Positions 25,870 to 38,800 of a stretch of DNA of 64,000 nt are shown in pieces; position 1 is the stretch's first letter, and each line of letters starts with the position of its first letter. Made by a program: the position numbers and the translations under genes. The notes beneath the pieces were generated by a model. That model was not told where the DNA came from and searched no databases. It saw only the letters and a list, made by a program, of their open reading frames with translations. The DNA is taken from contig MU054187.1 of NCBI GenBank assembly GCA_013239625.1, positions 5,279,757 to 5,343,756 on the forward strand. Reading direction: 5' to 3'. Origin of the DNA: Lama guanicoe (lineage: Eukaryota).

Positions 25870-25968
25870 TTCCAGGAAATGCATCGTATAGCTTCGCACA
25901 GAGAAATGCCCAGCAGTGTGCTTACTTCTTGGAATCTCTGCAACTCTTGTTTTAGGCAATTCTAAGAA
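25870..25968. promoter_or_regulatory. Triple STAT5-type GAS element cluster
   Basis: TTCCAGGAA 25870-25878, TTCTTGGAA 25926-25934 and TTCTAAGAA 25960-25968 all match TTCYNRGAA. Confidence 0.65.
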
Positions 25969-28325
25969 TTTTTAAATGTTTGTTTTGTTTTAAAAAAGTT
26001 TTAAAGAACATAGCCTCGGCAAAATAGCGACTTCTCTGGTTGTTTTGCATGAAGACGTTTCCATTCTAGCGAGAGCGGTCTGATGCTGGGGAAGGTAGGT
26101 CAGGGAAGAGATTACATCAAGACTCTGGGTTTCCTACAACCCAAACCATACCTTATCTCTGTGTAATGAGACTGCTTGTTTACTTTTTAGATTATAGCAG
26201 GACAGTACTTAGATTGATAATTCAATTGAAATTCCCAGCACTTACGGACACTGAGGGTGTTATTTCCACAGCCCTTAGTAGTGTGCTACTGCTACATGCT
26301 TCTGCTAGAGTGGACGGGCTAAAACTAAAAGTTATCTGTCAGCCCTTCATAGATATTCTTCTACAATAAGTTCACCTTGCCAAACATTATCTAGAGAAAA
26401 TATTTTCTCCCTAAGACCATATTACCTTATGGTTGTGACAGACGCACACTAGATAGTTTTGATGAATTATTTCAAAACCTCCATGTTAAAAAGTTAGAAA
26501 AGAAAAAAAAAAGAGCCATAATCTTACTCTTGGTTGTCATTCAACAACATCTGGCTGGAATGGATGTTCTACTTTTCAGGATAAGAGAAAGAAAAAAATT
26601 AACCCATGTATTTCTTCCCTCCTCCTTTTTGAAAGAAATGATGATGGGTTTAATTCACATCTCTTTCTTCAGCCATTATCTAATAGTTTACCAGTTTATA
26701 TATTCTTTCATTTTTCTCAGCCTCCAGTCCTGAATCCAACTTGGCATGTGCTACAAGCACCTTAAACACAGATTTCTCTCCAGACACGTTCCTTCCCTGG
26801 TCGACCCTTAGCAACTGGCAGGTGTCAATTGGCCAAAACAGTTGGTCAAACCATTCTTCTGTGAGTTACCCTTGACCTACGAATTTTTCTTACCTGCCTT
26901 TTCTGACCACTAAATGCCATCTTTTTGGAAAAGACTCCTGATCTGGACTCTTCCGTCATTCATTAGAGCAACTGTCTTCATCTTGTTTTGGATGCAGTGT
27001 GAATAGTTCTGAAAATGTTCACACGTATTTGCTAGCTTAACTGTGGCCAGCCGAGTGAAGACCTGGGATGTGAGAGAACAAGAACGGAAGTAATCTGCCT
27101 TCTCTGAGACACCTTCACCTGCATGCAGGTGTCCAGGGCCCATCCTCCAGCTGGGATGTGCCCGAGGTGTTAGGGGGAAGGTGCACCTGCCATCCTTCGG
27201 AGTCCTCTCCTGTGGGAGAGGGAAACTGGATGGCTAAAGGCTCATTGTTCCAAAGGATTTCAGAAGGAGCAGCTTGCCATGAAAAGGGAAATGTGGGGCT
27301 TTTTGTGCATTTGGAAAAGCATGAATACAAGCCTTCTTCCATCCCCAATTTCACGTGTCACTGCTAACTGATTATGGCAATGGTTCATGGACAAAATAAT
27401 CCAGAAACAAAGCAGCTGAATTCTTGGTTTGTTAACAAAGAGTATGTGTTAAAAGTGTGATTAAATTTTGATTTATAAGAAATCTATATTCTAAAATCCT
27501 TTGAAATCTAATTCCTGGAATGTCTAGGTTTCTAAAATTAATATATTAATAATTTATCAATTTCTCTGACTTCAAGAAATAATTAAATAGCCTCAAAGTT
27601 AATAAATTTGTATATCTTCTTTTGAAATAACTTAGTTTTTTTTTAAGAAAAACTTGGGTTTTCCATGTGATTCAGTAAGTCACTATTTTTCTGAGGAGTA
27701 ACTTAAATTTACAACAATTTTCCTTTTATCATCTCTTAAAATACACAATAAATGAGAGCACCACATTTTAAACACTTATTCAGCACACAAATCAAGGAGT
27801 CCTTCCTCTCCTCCACCTCCCACTGGGTTGTCAACCCATCACCAGTAAGGCGACGATACAATGGTTGACAGTGAGGGTTCCTCCAGGCCATTTGGTTATT
27901 ATTAAAATGTGTTTTATAAAATACAACTACACTTGCTGTTTGCCTGAGTCTTATTAGGTTTTTCTCTTCAAAGCTTGCCCCTCTGACTCCCTGATTTGAC
28001 TCTAACAGGGCATTCTGCATATAGAAGGACCAATAGCTTCTGTAATCCCTCCACTGCTGCATGTTTTGAGAGGGAGGAGAATAGATGCTGATGGTCCTGA
28101 CCTGCTCCACGTCCAGACTACCTCCTCAGATGTCTTTCAGCATCTCCTGCCCCTCCGTACTCCCACCAGCATAGCTCAGGGTGCTGTGTTCTCTTTCCTG
28201 AATCCTCCTGACAGCCTCTTCCTAAGCTGTCTCTCTCTCTCCAGCTTTCAGTTCTCTCTAATTGTCACCTTGCAACAGACGTGATTGTTTTTAATGCAAA
28301 TTTCATTTTATGTATCTCTGGTTTA

Positions 28326-28458
28326 AAAATTTTTTTAATTTTATATTTTTTGGGGGGAGGTAATTAGGTTTATTTACTTTCATGGAGGTACTGGGGATCA
28401 AACCCAGAACCTCGTGTGTGATAGGCACACACTCTACCACTGAGCCATGCCCTCCCCA
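28326..28458 (-). mobile_element. Camelid tRNA-derived SINE (Vic-1 type) with 14-bp TSD
   Basis: Reverse strand reads ggggagggcatggctcagtggtagagtgtgtgcctatcacacacgaggttctgggtttgatccccagtacctcc...aaacctaattacctcccccc plus an A-rich tail; TSD gtatctctggttta at 28312-28325 and 28459-28472. Confidence 0.92.
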
Positions 28459-29996
28459 GTATCTCTGGTTTACACCCTTTCGTTGCTATAGGATAAAGCC
28501 CCTCTCCTTAGCATGATAAGCAAGGGCTCTTACGGAAGAATCTTGCTTGGGTCTACCTCTCTCTTTCGCCCTCTATCCCTTCACCTGTGGGCATCCTGGA
28601 TGCCCTGTGGAGCCAACTGCCACGCTCTGAATGGACCCTGACCTTTCTTGTCTCCACGTCCTTGACCTTGCTGCCTCATACGTGTAGAGTAACTTGTGCC
28701 ATGTTTTCTTTCTTGTGAACATCTTTGGACTCGGTTCAGCTCTCACCCCCGCTTGCCTGGGGAGCTGGAGACCTCCCCGTCCGCGCTTCCGCCAGCCCTT
28801 CCCCCAGTCCTTCCCGCACCTCTGCTCTGTGTCTTTAAATGACTGTCTCCTGTAGGGACAGTGCTTTATTAATTTCAATGTCCTCAGCATCAGTCAGAAT
28901 GTCTGAAAAATTGTGGAGGTAAACAAAATAAATATTTATTTCACGAATAAGTGAATAAACGAATCGGTGGGGCTGGAGGTGGGGCAATTTGATTACCCGG
29001 AAATGGAACTTAAAGGTAAGAGAGAGAGCTATAAGGCGTATGCAATTCATCAAGCAACCTTTAAAAAATCAATTGAACGAAAGTCACAGTATTTGCAATA
29101 GACAGCAAAATTCAACATTTCAGACTCAAAGACATCAACTTGGCCCCACTCTGCCCCATCATCCCACCGCAGTGTCACCTCTATTCCTGCTCACAGCTCC
29201 ATGGCCTGTTTGATCTCTGTTTGTTTTTTTTTTTCTGGCCCCCACTCTCAATGCACCCCCATCAGTAAGCTTCTGCCTTTCTCCTCTCGTCTAACTTTTT
29301 GCAGTCTTATGACTCTTGCCACTTTGATCAACCCGATACCTCCGTCACAGCCCCATCTAGACCGAAGGGGAAGGAGGTATCGTTTGTGGCCATTTTACCT
29401 CAATTGAGATCAAAGGGAATTGAGGTTGAATTGGGATTTTGGATGCTATTGCATTTTTTTATGTACAAGCAGATTTGTGTTCCTTTGCACACGCAATAGC
29501 GACTGTTGCTGGTTTTAATCAGCAAGGTTAGATGTTTAGACACTATTCATTCGTTCCAGGGACTTGCCTAAAATTTTGCTAACAGATTCCAGATGAGGAG
29601 TAAGACTGGAAATGTCTCCATGGCTTGAACTGTAAGGTTTCATGTAACTGCAGATGAATAAAATGGAATTTATCTTTCCATTAAGAAATTTTATGCGAAC
29701 AATAAAGCACAGAAAATACTCAGTTTCTAATTGCTAAAATTTAAAACAAATGTTGACCAGTTTAGAGTGATAATTTAAAAGCATAAATAGCTAGGTATTA
29801 TCTGACTGTTTATCAATAGTTAAAGCATGCTGTTTGTTCTAATCATATTTAATCCTATTTTTATGTTTAAGACTAAATGAAGACAGTCATCTTGCAATCT
29901 ATGTTAATGACAATAAAACTTGTTAGCATTTGTTGAGTGTTTACTATGTATGGTTCTGGCATTTTGTTTGTATCTTTTAATTTAAATCTCACAACA

Positions 29997-30547
29997 CAAC
30001 CTAAATGTCCATTGACAGATGATTGGATTAAGAGGTTGTGGTACATATAGCCAATGGAATACTACTCAGCCATAAGAAGAATGAAATAATTCCATTTGCT
30101 GCAACTTGAATGATCCTAGAGATTATCATATTAATGAAGTAAGTAGAAAGAGAAAGGAAAATATCATGTATCACTTAAATGTGGAATCTTAAAAAATGAC
30201 ACAAATGAACTTATTTACAAAAAAGAGACAGACTCACAGACATGGAAGACTAACTTATGGCTACCAGGGGGGAAAAAGGGTAGGGAGGGTAAATTGGGAG
30301 TTTGGGATTTGAAAACTACTAACTACTATATATAAAATAGATAAACAACAATGTCCTACTGTACAGCACAGGGAACTGTATTCAATATCTTGTAATGGTC
30401 TATAATAAAAAAGACTATGAAAAGGAATATATATATACATATATGCCCATATATATGTATATATATGACTGAATCACTGTGCTATACACCAGAAATTAAC
30501 ACAACATTGTAAACTGACTATAATTCAATTAAAATGAATAAGTAAAT
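29997..30547 (+). mobile_element. 5'-truncated L1 with 13-bp TSD, inserted into a MIR
   Basis: End of ORF2 ('caacctaaatgtccattgacagatgattggattaag') plus 3' UTR and tail; TSD aa(a/g)tctcacaaca at 29984-29996 and 30548-30560; MIR text continues on both sides. Confidence 0.9.
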
Positions 30548-30984
30548 AAGTCTCACAACAAGCTATAAGGTAGGCATGCCTTTCTCTGCTTTGCTAATGA
30601 GAACGTGAAGCCTCAGAAGTGATGTCACTCCCAGGATAAATAGCTCTCGAGTGGAGGGGCGTAGATGTGAGTCTAGATCTAACTCAGAGGGGAGCGCAGT
30701 AGTCACCAGTCCCTCCTGCCTGCCACCTGTGGGCGCACAGTGCCTCCACGCTCAAGGCTGGGAGCATTTCAGGGCAAATGAATGTAACTCTGTTGCTTTG
30801 GAACTTTGCTACATCTCAGCATCCAGCTCCTTTGTGGGTCATCTCGTGGGTAACGTCACTAACTGGGTAAGCTTAAAGAGATTAAGGCTGTTTCATCTTT
30901 TAATGTTCCACGTCTGGACTCATCATTCTGCTCCCCTTGTGACCAGCAGAGAGGAAACAAACAGTATCTGAAGCTCATCTTAGG

Positions 30985-31133
30985 CAGTCGACCCTGGACA
31001 TTGTTGGGCAGAAGAATTACTGCAGGAGTCCAGTTAAAATGCAGATTCCAGGGCTTTGTTCCTCAAGACGAGCTTTAGCAAGTCTGGGATGGAGCTTTGC
31101 TGTCTAAATTAGTAACAAGCACCCCTGATTCTT
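30985..31133. mobile_element. MER5-like hAT-Charlie DNA transposon relic
   Basis: 'gttaaaatgcagattccagggc...agcaagtctgggatggagc...taacaagcacccctgattct'. Confidence 0.6.
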
Positions 31134-31143
31134 TCCCCCTCTC

Positions 31144-31755
31144 TTTTTAAATACAAAATAATTAACATTTAACATCATATTAGTTTCTGCTGTGCAACAG
31201 CATGATTTGGTATTTGTATATATTGTGAAAGGATCACCACATTAAGTCTAGTAAACATCCATCATCACACATAGTTATAAGCGTTTTCTTGTGGTGAGAC
31301 TTTTTTAAGATCCACTCTCTTAGCAACTTTTAAATATACAATATGGCACGCTTAATGATAGTCACCATGATGTACATACATCCCCATGACTTACTTACAT
31401 TAGAACTGGACCTTGGTACCTTTTCACTCCCTTCTCCTATTTTATCCACCCTCTACCCCTTGTCCTCTGGCACCCACCAGTCTGTTCTCTGTACCTACAA
31501 GCTTGATTTTATTTGTTCGTTTGAAGATTCCACATAACAGTGAAATCATACAGTGTTTATCTTTCTCTGTCTGACTTATTTCACCCAGCATAATGTACTC
31601 CAGGCCCATCTGTATCGTGGTGAATGACAAGATTTCGTTCTTTCTTATGCCTGAGTAATATTCCATGATATCACATCTTCTTTTTCCATTAATCCATCAA
31701 TGGACACTTGTCATTTCCATATGTTGGCTATTGTAAATAATGCTGCTATGGACAT
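31144..31755 (-). mobile_element. L1 3' end (L1MA9-like) with ORF2 C-terminus
   Basis: ORF 31442..31666(-) MEYYSGIRKNEILSFTTIQMGLEYIMLGEISQTEKDKHCMISL is typical L1 3' text. Confidence 0.9.
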
Positions 31756-33174
31756 GCTTAAGGTTGCTAGCATGCATAGTCTCATGACAACACACCCTAA
31801 AGATTCAAATACCTCTTATCTCACACATACACACACATATAATCCATCAACAGTTGCTCATCTTGCATTGAATAACAGTGCACCAGACACACTGGCCAAT
31901 GTGGGCTAAATTAAAGCTAGAAAATACAGTGCTCTCAAACTACTAGGAGAAACAAAACACAAAGAATATGAAGATGCGTGTGGCAAGGTCTCACACATGG
32001 TATAATACGTGTGTTGAGAGTTCAGAGGAAGGATTAGTCTGGGATAGGTTAGTAGCGGCAGGAGTCTTAAAACCAGTGGAACTTGAATCTGACTTTGTTG
32101 TTGAGTTGAAGGTTTCTCATACTAGGAGCAGGACTCCACCGTGTAATCCAGCACAGTCCACTTCAGTGGTTGGTCAGGGCGGCTGAGGACACAGTAGCTG
32201 GGGCCTGCTCCCGGCATCCCAGGATAATTCCCCCCGCAGCAGGTGCTGAGCGGCAGGTGGCGGGAGGAGTCTCCCTGTTTGAGCTCTGGTAAGTCTGGAT
32301 GCTAGATTCCAGGCTCAGAATAGCCCGTGGTGATTTCTACACACCCCAAAGGGGGCGGGGTGGGTGATCTCCTCTCCGTAAAGGAAGGATGTGGGCTAGC
32401 GTGCTCTGCACTGGTAGAGATAGTGGAAGCAAGAAGAGGGGAAAGTGTAGATTAGAAACTCGAGTTCCACTTTTTGACATAACTGCACATTTGTGTAGGG
32501 TAGTGTTCATCTTCGTGAGCAGGCAGCTGGGGCCTTCTTGATTTTAAGTATTCCCATGGAAAATATAGACACACATTTTTATTAATTTCTCAACAGTGTA
32601 GTGCTAATTAAGATGTTTCGCAGTTCTAAAGCTCTTTCCACCGGAGCTTTGCACCAACAATGGATCTGAAAAGCATAACTTTAAACTCTATGTAGTTTCA
32701 AATGTATTGCGTAGAAATACAGTTCCTAAAATCTGGTGGGCGTCCTCGAATCCCACAGATGTCGTCAAGTTGAAAAGATTATTAGCTCCATTAAATGCCA
32801 ATATTCCACTTAGACTGAACTCTTCACGAAGAAGGAGCAGAGGCTGCGTGCTGGCTTTCTTTGAGATGGCTTGGGATGGAGGCTGCTATTTTTCTGGAAA
32901 GTGCCTTTTTCACTGTCTCTGCCACGATCTCTAATATTCCTCAATGAATGTTCTTCTTTTTTTCAAACAAAATGTTGAAAATACCTGTTAAATGTACATG
33001 TTTTCTATGTGAGATAAGACACAAAGTCTTATTAAATCTAATTGGAATATTTACATGGGATTTAAGAAGAAAGGGTGCATTTTGTAGAGAGGACAGTTGT
33101 CAGTAGGGGTCAAAAATACAAGGTGTTTTAGAGAAGAAAATGCAGTGTGGGGACTATGAGTGGCTTGGGGGGAG

Positions 33175-33300
33175 GTGACGTCTTGATTTCAGCCCAGTGA
33201 ACCCGGGCTGGGACCTGAACCCTAAGAGCATACATGTGTGCCGTTTGAAGCCACCAAGCGTGTGGTAATTGATCACAGCAGCCATAAGAAACTAACAGAG
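33175..33300 (+). mobile_element. MLT1 (MaLR) LTR 3' fragment
   Basis: 'cttgatttcagcccagtga...tgtgtgccgtttgaagccaccaagcgtgtggtaattgatcacagcagccataagaaactaacaga'. Confidence 0.75.
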
Positions 33301-33688
33301 GCAGTGTTTAAACAGGCAAGCTGATGGCTTCAGCTCAGTGTGTGACAGGAGTAAAGGAATCATTATTTGTAAGGGAGGACAGTCACGTGGCTTGCTGAAT
33401 CACCGGCCACGAGATGGGGGAGGACGAGCTCTCTTGGCTGCTGGAGGGATTTCTGCCTTGGGTGCCGGTCACACTTGGAAGACACAAGAAGAAGAAATTT
33501 GGGGAATTCAACCATGGGTTCAGTTGCAGGCTTACAGTTTTGATCTTCCCATGAATGTTCAAGCTGAGGTGTCTGCTTGGCCTGTGACCAAATGCTAAAA
33601 AGGAACGTTTTAGACTAATTATGGAGTAGTTGTTTTTTGTCATGATATTGTCCTTCCTACGTTCTGATTTTTACACAAATTTCTATTT

Positions 33689-34536
33689 TTTATTGAATTG
33701 TAATTGGTTTACAACATTGTATTAATTATAGTGTATAGCACAGTGATTCAGCTTATATATATATTTATATATATATATTTCTTTTCATTTCCTTTTTCAC
33801 TATAGGCACCATTACGAGGTATCGAATACAGTTCCCTGTGTAATACAGGAGAATCTTGTTGTTTATCTGTTTGATATATAGTAGTTAGTATCTGAAACTC
33901 CCCACCTGTTTCCCGGTAACTGGTAACTGTAAGTTTGTTTTCTATGTCTGTGAGTTTGTCTCTGTTTCGTAAATAAGTTCATTTGTGTTCTCTGGTTTTT
34001 TTTTTTATTATTCCACATATAAGTGATATCATATGGCATTTTTCTTTCTCTTTCTGGCTTACTTCGTTTGGTATGACAGTCTCCAGGTCCATCCGTGTTG
34101 CTGCAAGTGGCTTAATTTTATTTTTTTTGGTTGAGTAATATTCCAGTGTATAAATATACCACATCTTCTTTATCCAGTCATCTGTTGATGGACATTTAGA
34201 TTGTTTCCAAGTCTTGGCTATTGTCAATAGCGCTGCTGTGAACATTGGGGTGCCGGTGTCTTTTTGAATCAGAGTTTTCTCCAGATATATGCTCAGGAGT
34301 GGGATTGCTGGGTCATACAGTAAGTCTATTTCTAGTTTTTTGAGGACGCTATACTGTTTTCCACAGTGACTGCACCAAACTGCATTCCCATCAACAGTGC
34401 AGGAGGGTTCCCTTTTCTCCACACCCTCGCCAGTGTTTATCGTTTGTGGACTTTTTGATGACGGCCATTCTGACTGATATGAGGTGACATCTCTTTGTAG
34501 TTTTGATTTGCACGTATGATAATCAGGGCTACTGAG
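33689..34536 (-). mobile_element. Relatively young 5'-truncated L1 (ORF2 C-terminus plus 3' UTR) with 15-bp TSD
   Basis: ORF 33979..34539(-) includes [20 protein letters not shown]...TPMFTAALLTIAKTWKQSKCPSTDDWIKKMWYIYTLEYYS; TSD caca(a/c)atttctattt at 33674-33688 and 34537-34551. Confidence 0.93.
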
Positions 34537-35619
34537 CACACATTTCTATTTCTGTCACGTGTTTTCATTTCTGTTCATTTAGTGAGGCCCCTGTGTGTGG
34601 TGCCAGAGTCCCTCACTAGGTCCTGAGGCTTCAGGGCCGGCAGGACGTGGGCTGGCCTGATGTCCTGGTTCCTCTGGGCAGTGCCAGCCAGTGCCTGAGG
34701 TCCCAGGGTCCTGTCTGACCGGCCTCCCCTATCACTCTGACAGTGAGAAGTGGACAACATATTATGTGCTCACCCTGACAGAGGAGGTGTCCTTTTTGTC
34801 TTGCCCTTCGCAGCTGAAGGAAAGAAGCAAAGCCGTGAACTAAGGACTGGCCAAGAGTCTTATCTATCTCCTTATCTCTCATCATTCAACCTTCCTGTTG
34901 GGGGAAGGGAGGCAAAATCCCGCTTGGCTGCGGAGTGTTAACCCCAGAGCCCGTCTTCCATCTGAAAGAGTAAGTAACGCTGCTCCAGCGGAGAAATCAG
35001 GCAATTGGGCGCTTGGTAAGGCCATGGGTGGAAAAAGCGATGGTTTTCAGACTTGCCAGAATGACTATGGAGAGTGAGGACTCTGGGATTTCTTTCCTTG
35101 AGACTGGGTGAAACGTTTTTTCGCTTTTGAAATATTTGTAATTATCTTGTCAACGTTTGCATCTCCCTTCGTGGGCGCTCAGCGTTCACTTCCCAGGGGG
35201 CACCCACGGCCTTGCGGGGATGGCATTTCTGGAGTCCTCACCTTCCACGTCCCAGCACCAGCAGCGCGGGAACGAGCGCTGACAGGCTCAGAAGCGCTGA
35301 GGCTGGCAGACGAGGCAGGGACTCGGAGGAGGCCCCACGTCGTCCCCCTGTCAGTCAAATGTGACACCGTAGAATATTGGGTCCCTGGGAAGTTGCCTTT
35401 ATTCTCTAGCAGCGTGTCCTAGCCAAGAACTTGACAGTCACTCAGCCACTGGGCGCACTGGGGCGACGTGGCTCTGGGAGCTCCGGGCTCCGTGGCTGTG
35501 ACTCTCCTTCAAATACGAGTGTGTGTTTCATGTTCCTCACAAGCAGACTTTGAGTAGAAAACTTCTAGCAGCATATTAGCCACATGGGCTAAGTGAACTC
35601 AAATTTACTGAACACCAGG

Positions 35620-35820
35620 CATCACTAGTCCCTTCTCTCAGATGATCTGATCCAATGGGTGCAAGAAGTTTGCCAAATTGGTGGTATTACTATTCCCCTT
35701 ACAGAGATGTAAACAGGTTGAAAAAAAGCTCATCTAGCTGTCTCGTTTTATAATGTAAGTGCGAGGCAGAGACAAGACTTGAATTCAGGCCTTTCTGACT
35801 CACTCCAAAGCCTGTTCTCA
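35620..35820 (-). mobile_element. MIR relic
   Basis: 'gtggtattactattcccctttacagagatg...ggcagagacaagacttgaattcaggcctttctgactcactccaaagcc'. Confidence 0.65.
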
Positions 35821-38800
35821 TTTTATTTTCTTATATTCAAAGTCAACACGAATACACCAACTGGATCATGGACCTGAGAAATTTATATCGGCGTATATTA
35901 CACTATAATATGACAAACCGGTGGTCTCCTGGCTTACACTGATTATCTGTGACTAATATGTGTCCTCCAGAAGTACAGTTCTACCCAAATTTGAAACACA
36001 CAGGGGTGATGAGGGCCAGCTTCGACTTGTTTATGCAGGATCTAGTGCCTGAAGTCCTGTAGAACTTCGAGGTTACCTCCTCCTTCTCCAAGTGCTTATT
36101 TCAGTCTTTCACACCCTCAGGGAGGATGAAGAAGTTAAGCTTCGCATTGAAATGGTACTTTGTATTTAAAGTTGGGTTGAGGTCCAGTTGCATCCTGCAG
36201 CCATGAGACTTCGCTGCTCTGTTCCAAGCATTATTTCGTGTCCTGCTGTTGAAGTCTGGCCCCTTTCAAAGCTTAAAGCAAGTAATGTGAATTGCTTTTT
36301 CAACCATGATAGATGCTAAAATCACAGGTGGGGAGGTGTGAGGAATTTTTATTCTCCCTGTCTTTGTAATGTTAATGATTCTCTCGACAAAACCACTTCA
36401 TTTCATGTCAAATTAAAAATTCATAACCTGTGAAACCCATAAAGACTTTGAACCAGCAAAGCACGGACAACCACTGAAGTAAGTAGAGTCAGTTCTGTCT
36501 GTGCTTTTATAGACAAACAGGAAAAAAAAAAACTTAAAAAATACTTTGACCATGCTTTTTGCCATCTGAATGGTCATGGTTGAGTGGAAAATCAAGTGAG
36601 AATTGCACTTCAGTGTTGCCGACAGGGCACACAAAAATCCAGCTTTTCACATGAGATGAAGATTGCCTTTGCTTCATTTGCTCTCTTAAGACACATTAAA
36701 ATCAAAGCTATCTCTCCATTTGGCCATCTGTCAATGCTCAGCACACAGTAAGTGGGTCGACTTTGTTCCCGGATCACCAGAATAGGAGGATGTTTTGTTG
36801 TTGTAATAAATGGTTTTAGGCTTAAGAAACAGAAATAAATCAATGCAGTTTATAAAGTTGGGGTGGAAATGTTAGATGCAGTTTTATAAACTGCAGAGAA
36901 TTATATATAGAAGAGTTGCAGTAAATAAAGCATAGCTTTAGCATTTTACAAAAATAAATGACAAAGATGAAATAGATTAACGTATAGCCTTTTATTTGGG
37001 ATCATCTTTTGCTTTCACAAAACGCATGCAACGGTCCTTTTGCTCATTAAATTGCAAATTCTCATGTTTGAATGTAATATGGTAAATAATGGCTCCCAAT
37101 TTCCCTCCTAAAGTTCAATTTGCAAAGTTTTGTTTAGAGAAAACCCCCAAATCTGAAAACCTAGTTTCCGAAGGTTCCCAGGCAATTGCTCACCGGTGTA
37201 TTAACGATGCCTGGCCTTTTAACAAAGACTTGCGTTTTCAGCTGGAACATACTGAATCCAGTTTGCTGACCCTGAACTTGGTTAAATACAAGTGCTCACT
37301 CTGCAGGTGCTGATTCATAGAACTCGTGTGGCCAGCATCTTCAGAGCTGGTCCAGGGAACAGAGGCTCCCTGGGTCTCGCTGCCAGGCATGGAGAGGCTC
37401 TGGTTCTCGCAACCAAGCTCCACGTCTGCCTCCTCGGTTTACCGCTTGCAGTAGATTAGGCTCTGGCTTATGCTGGTGGGTTTGATCAGACCCGGAGAAC
37501 AGCGAGGCGTATGCACGGTTAACTAGGGGTCAGTCACAGATTCTTCCAAACATGGTTTTACACTGAGATTTGTGACTTAGTCTATTGGAGAAACCACAAA
37601 ACCATCAAATGTGTAATACTGAGAAAAAAAAATACTGAATAATATCAACCTGCCATCAAAATGTTTTCCTCTCTAAAAGGACATCATTTCTTTCCAAGAT
37701 GCAGTATGTTCTGGTGAAAATCTCATTCAGTTCTAATGTTATCACTGTGTCTTTAAAAAAAATATTTATATACACGATAATAACAACAATACAATAGTAG
37801 TTCCTCTAACCTGTTCCGTGGAACTCTAATTTGACTAGTTCACAGGCATCCTGGTTAAGGCAATGCTTTATATATTATTACTTTATACCGGAAGAGAGTT
37901 ATCTGCTTTAGGCATTAAATGCTCAGAGAAATCCTACAATAAGGAAAGGTGCTTAACTGTTTCAATTCTGCCTTTTGCAGAACAAATTTCTAAAGAACTC
38001 CCTTTGGAACCTGCAACCAATGGCAGCTGAGAAGATTTGCCAGAGGAGATTACCATCTTATGATCACTTTCAAGGACACCCCTACTATTCATAAAAGATG
38101 GCTTGTTCCATTCCACCTCTTTTTTCGGTCTTCCTCCTCCTCATTTTCCAGAAGAAAGCTGTGTCAACTTAATACATTGTTTTTGTTTCATTTCCAATTA
38201 CTGTAGCACCAAGAACCTGGTGGTAACCCAAGTGTCTGCCAGTAGAGAAGAGAAAGGTGAAATGTGGCGTGCACGTTTGACAGAACGCTCTTCAGAGTTC
38301 AGAAGTGGGAACTCGGGTCACTCTTAACAGCACGGAAATTCTCAAAGATACAATGGTAAGTCAAATAAAGTTGGAAAAGAACAGGGTTTCTAGTATGATG
38401 CTATTTAAATAAATTTAAAATATTTTAATAATACGCACACATGATTATAGAATGATTGTTGCATTGGCTATGTTATGTGTGAGGTACATACACCTAAGGA
38501 AACGTTCGGAAATGGATGGAAAAGACCTTATGAAATGTACCAGAGCTGAGAGCCTACGGTGGGAGGGGAATGAACTAGTAGGCAAAGGGAATGATAGAGA
38601 AAGTATAAAATAAAGCAAAATGCAATGAAATGAAATAAAATAGAATCAGGACCTTCCCTGGGCCAGTGAAGACAGCCTGCCATGCCTCATTCTGGACACT
38701 TGAAATCTACAAGAAAGGAAGAAAGAAAAACACAAAGGCTGAAGGTGAGATGATGTGTTTGGTCATGTTCCAAGGTGTGAGAGACACGGCTCCACATACT

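Noticed and set aside
25870-25968. Naming the locus as IGF1, SOCS2, PRLR or MYB regulatory DNA
   Set aside because: Motif content is suggestive only; no exon or sequence I can positively match.
28326-28458. tRNA gene
   Set aside because: The tRNA-like A/B boxes belong to a SINE with a tail and TSD.
33979-34539. 186-aa ORF as a functional gene
   Set aside because: C-terminal L1 ORF2 fragment of a 5'-truncated insertion bounded by TSDs.
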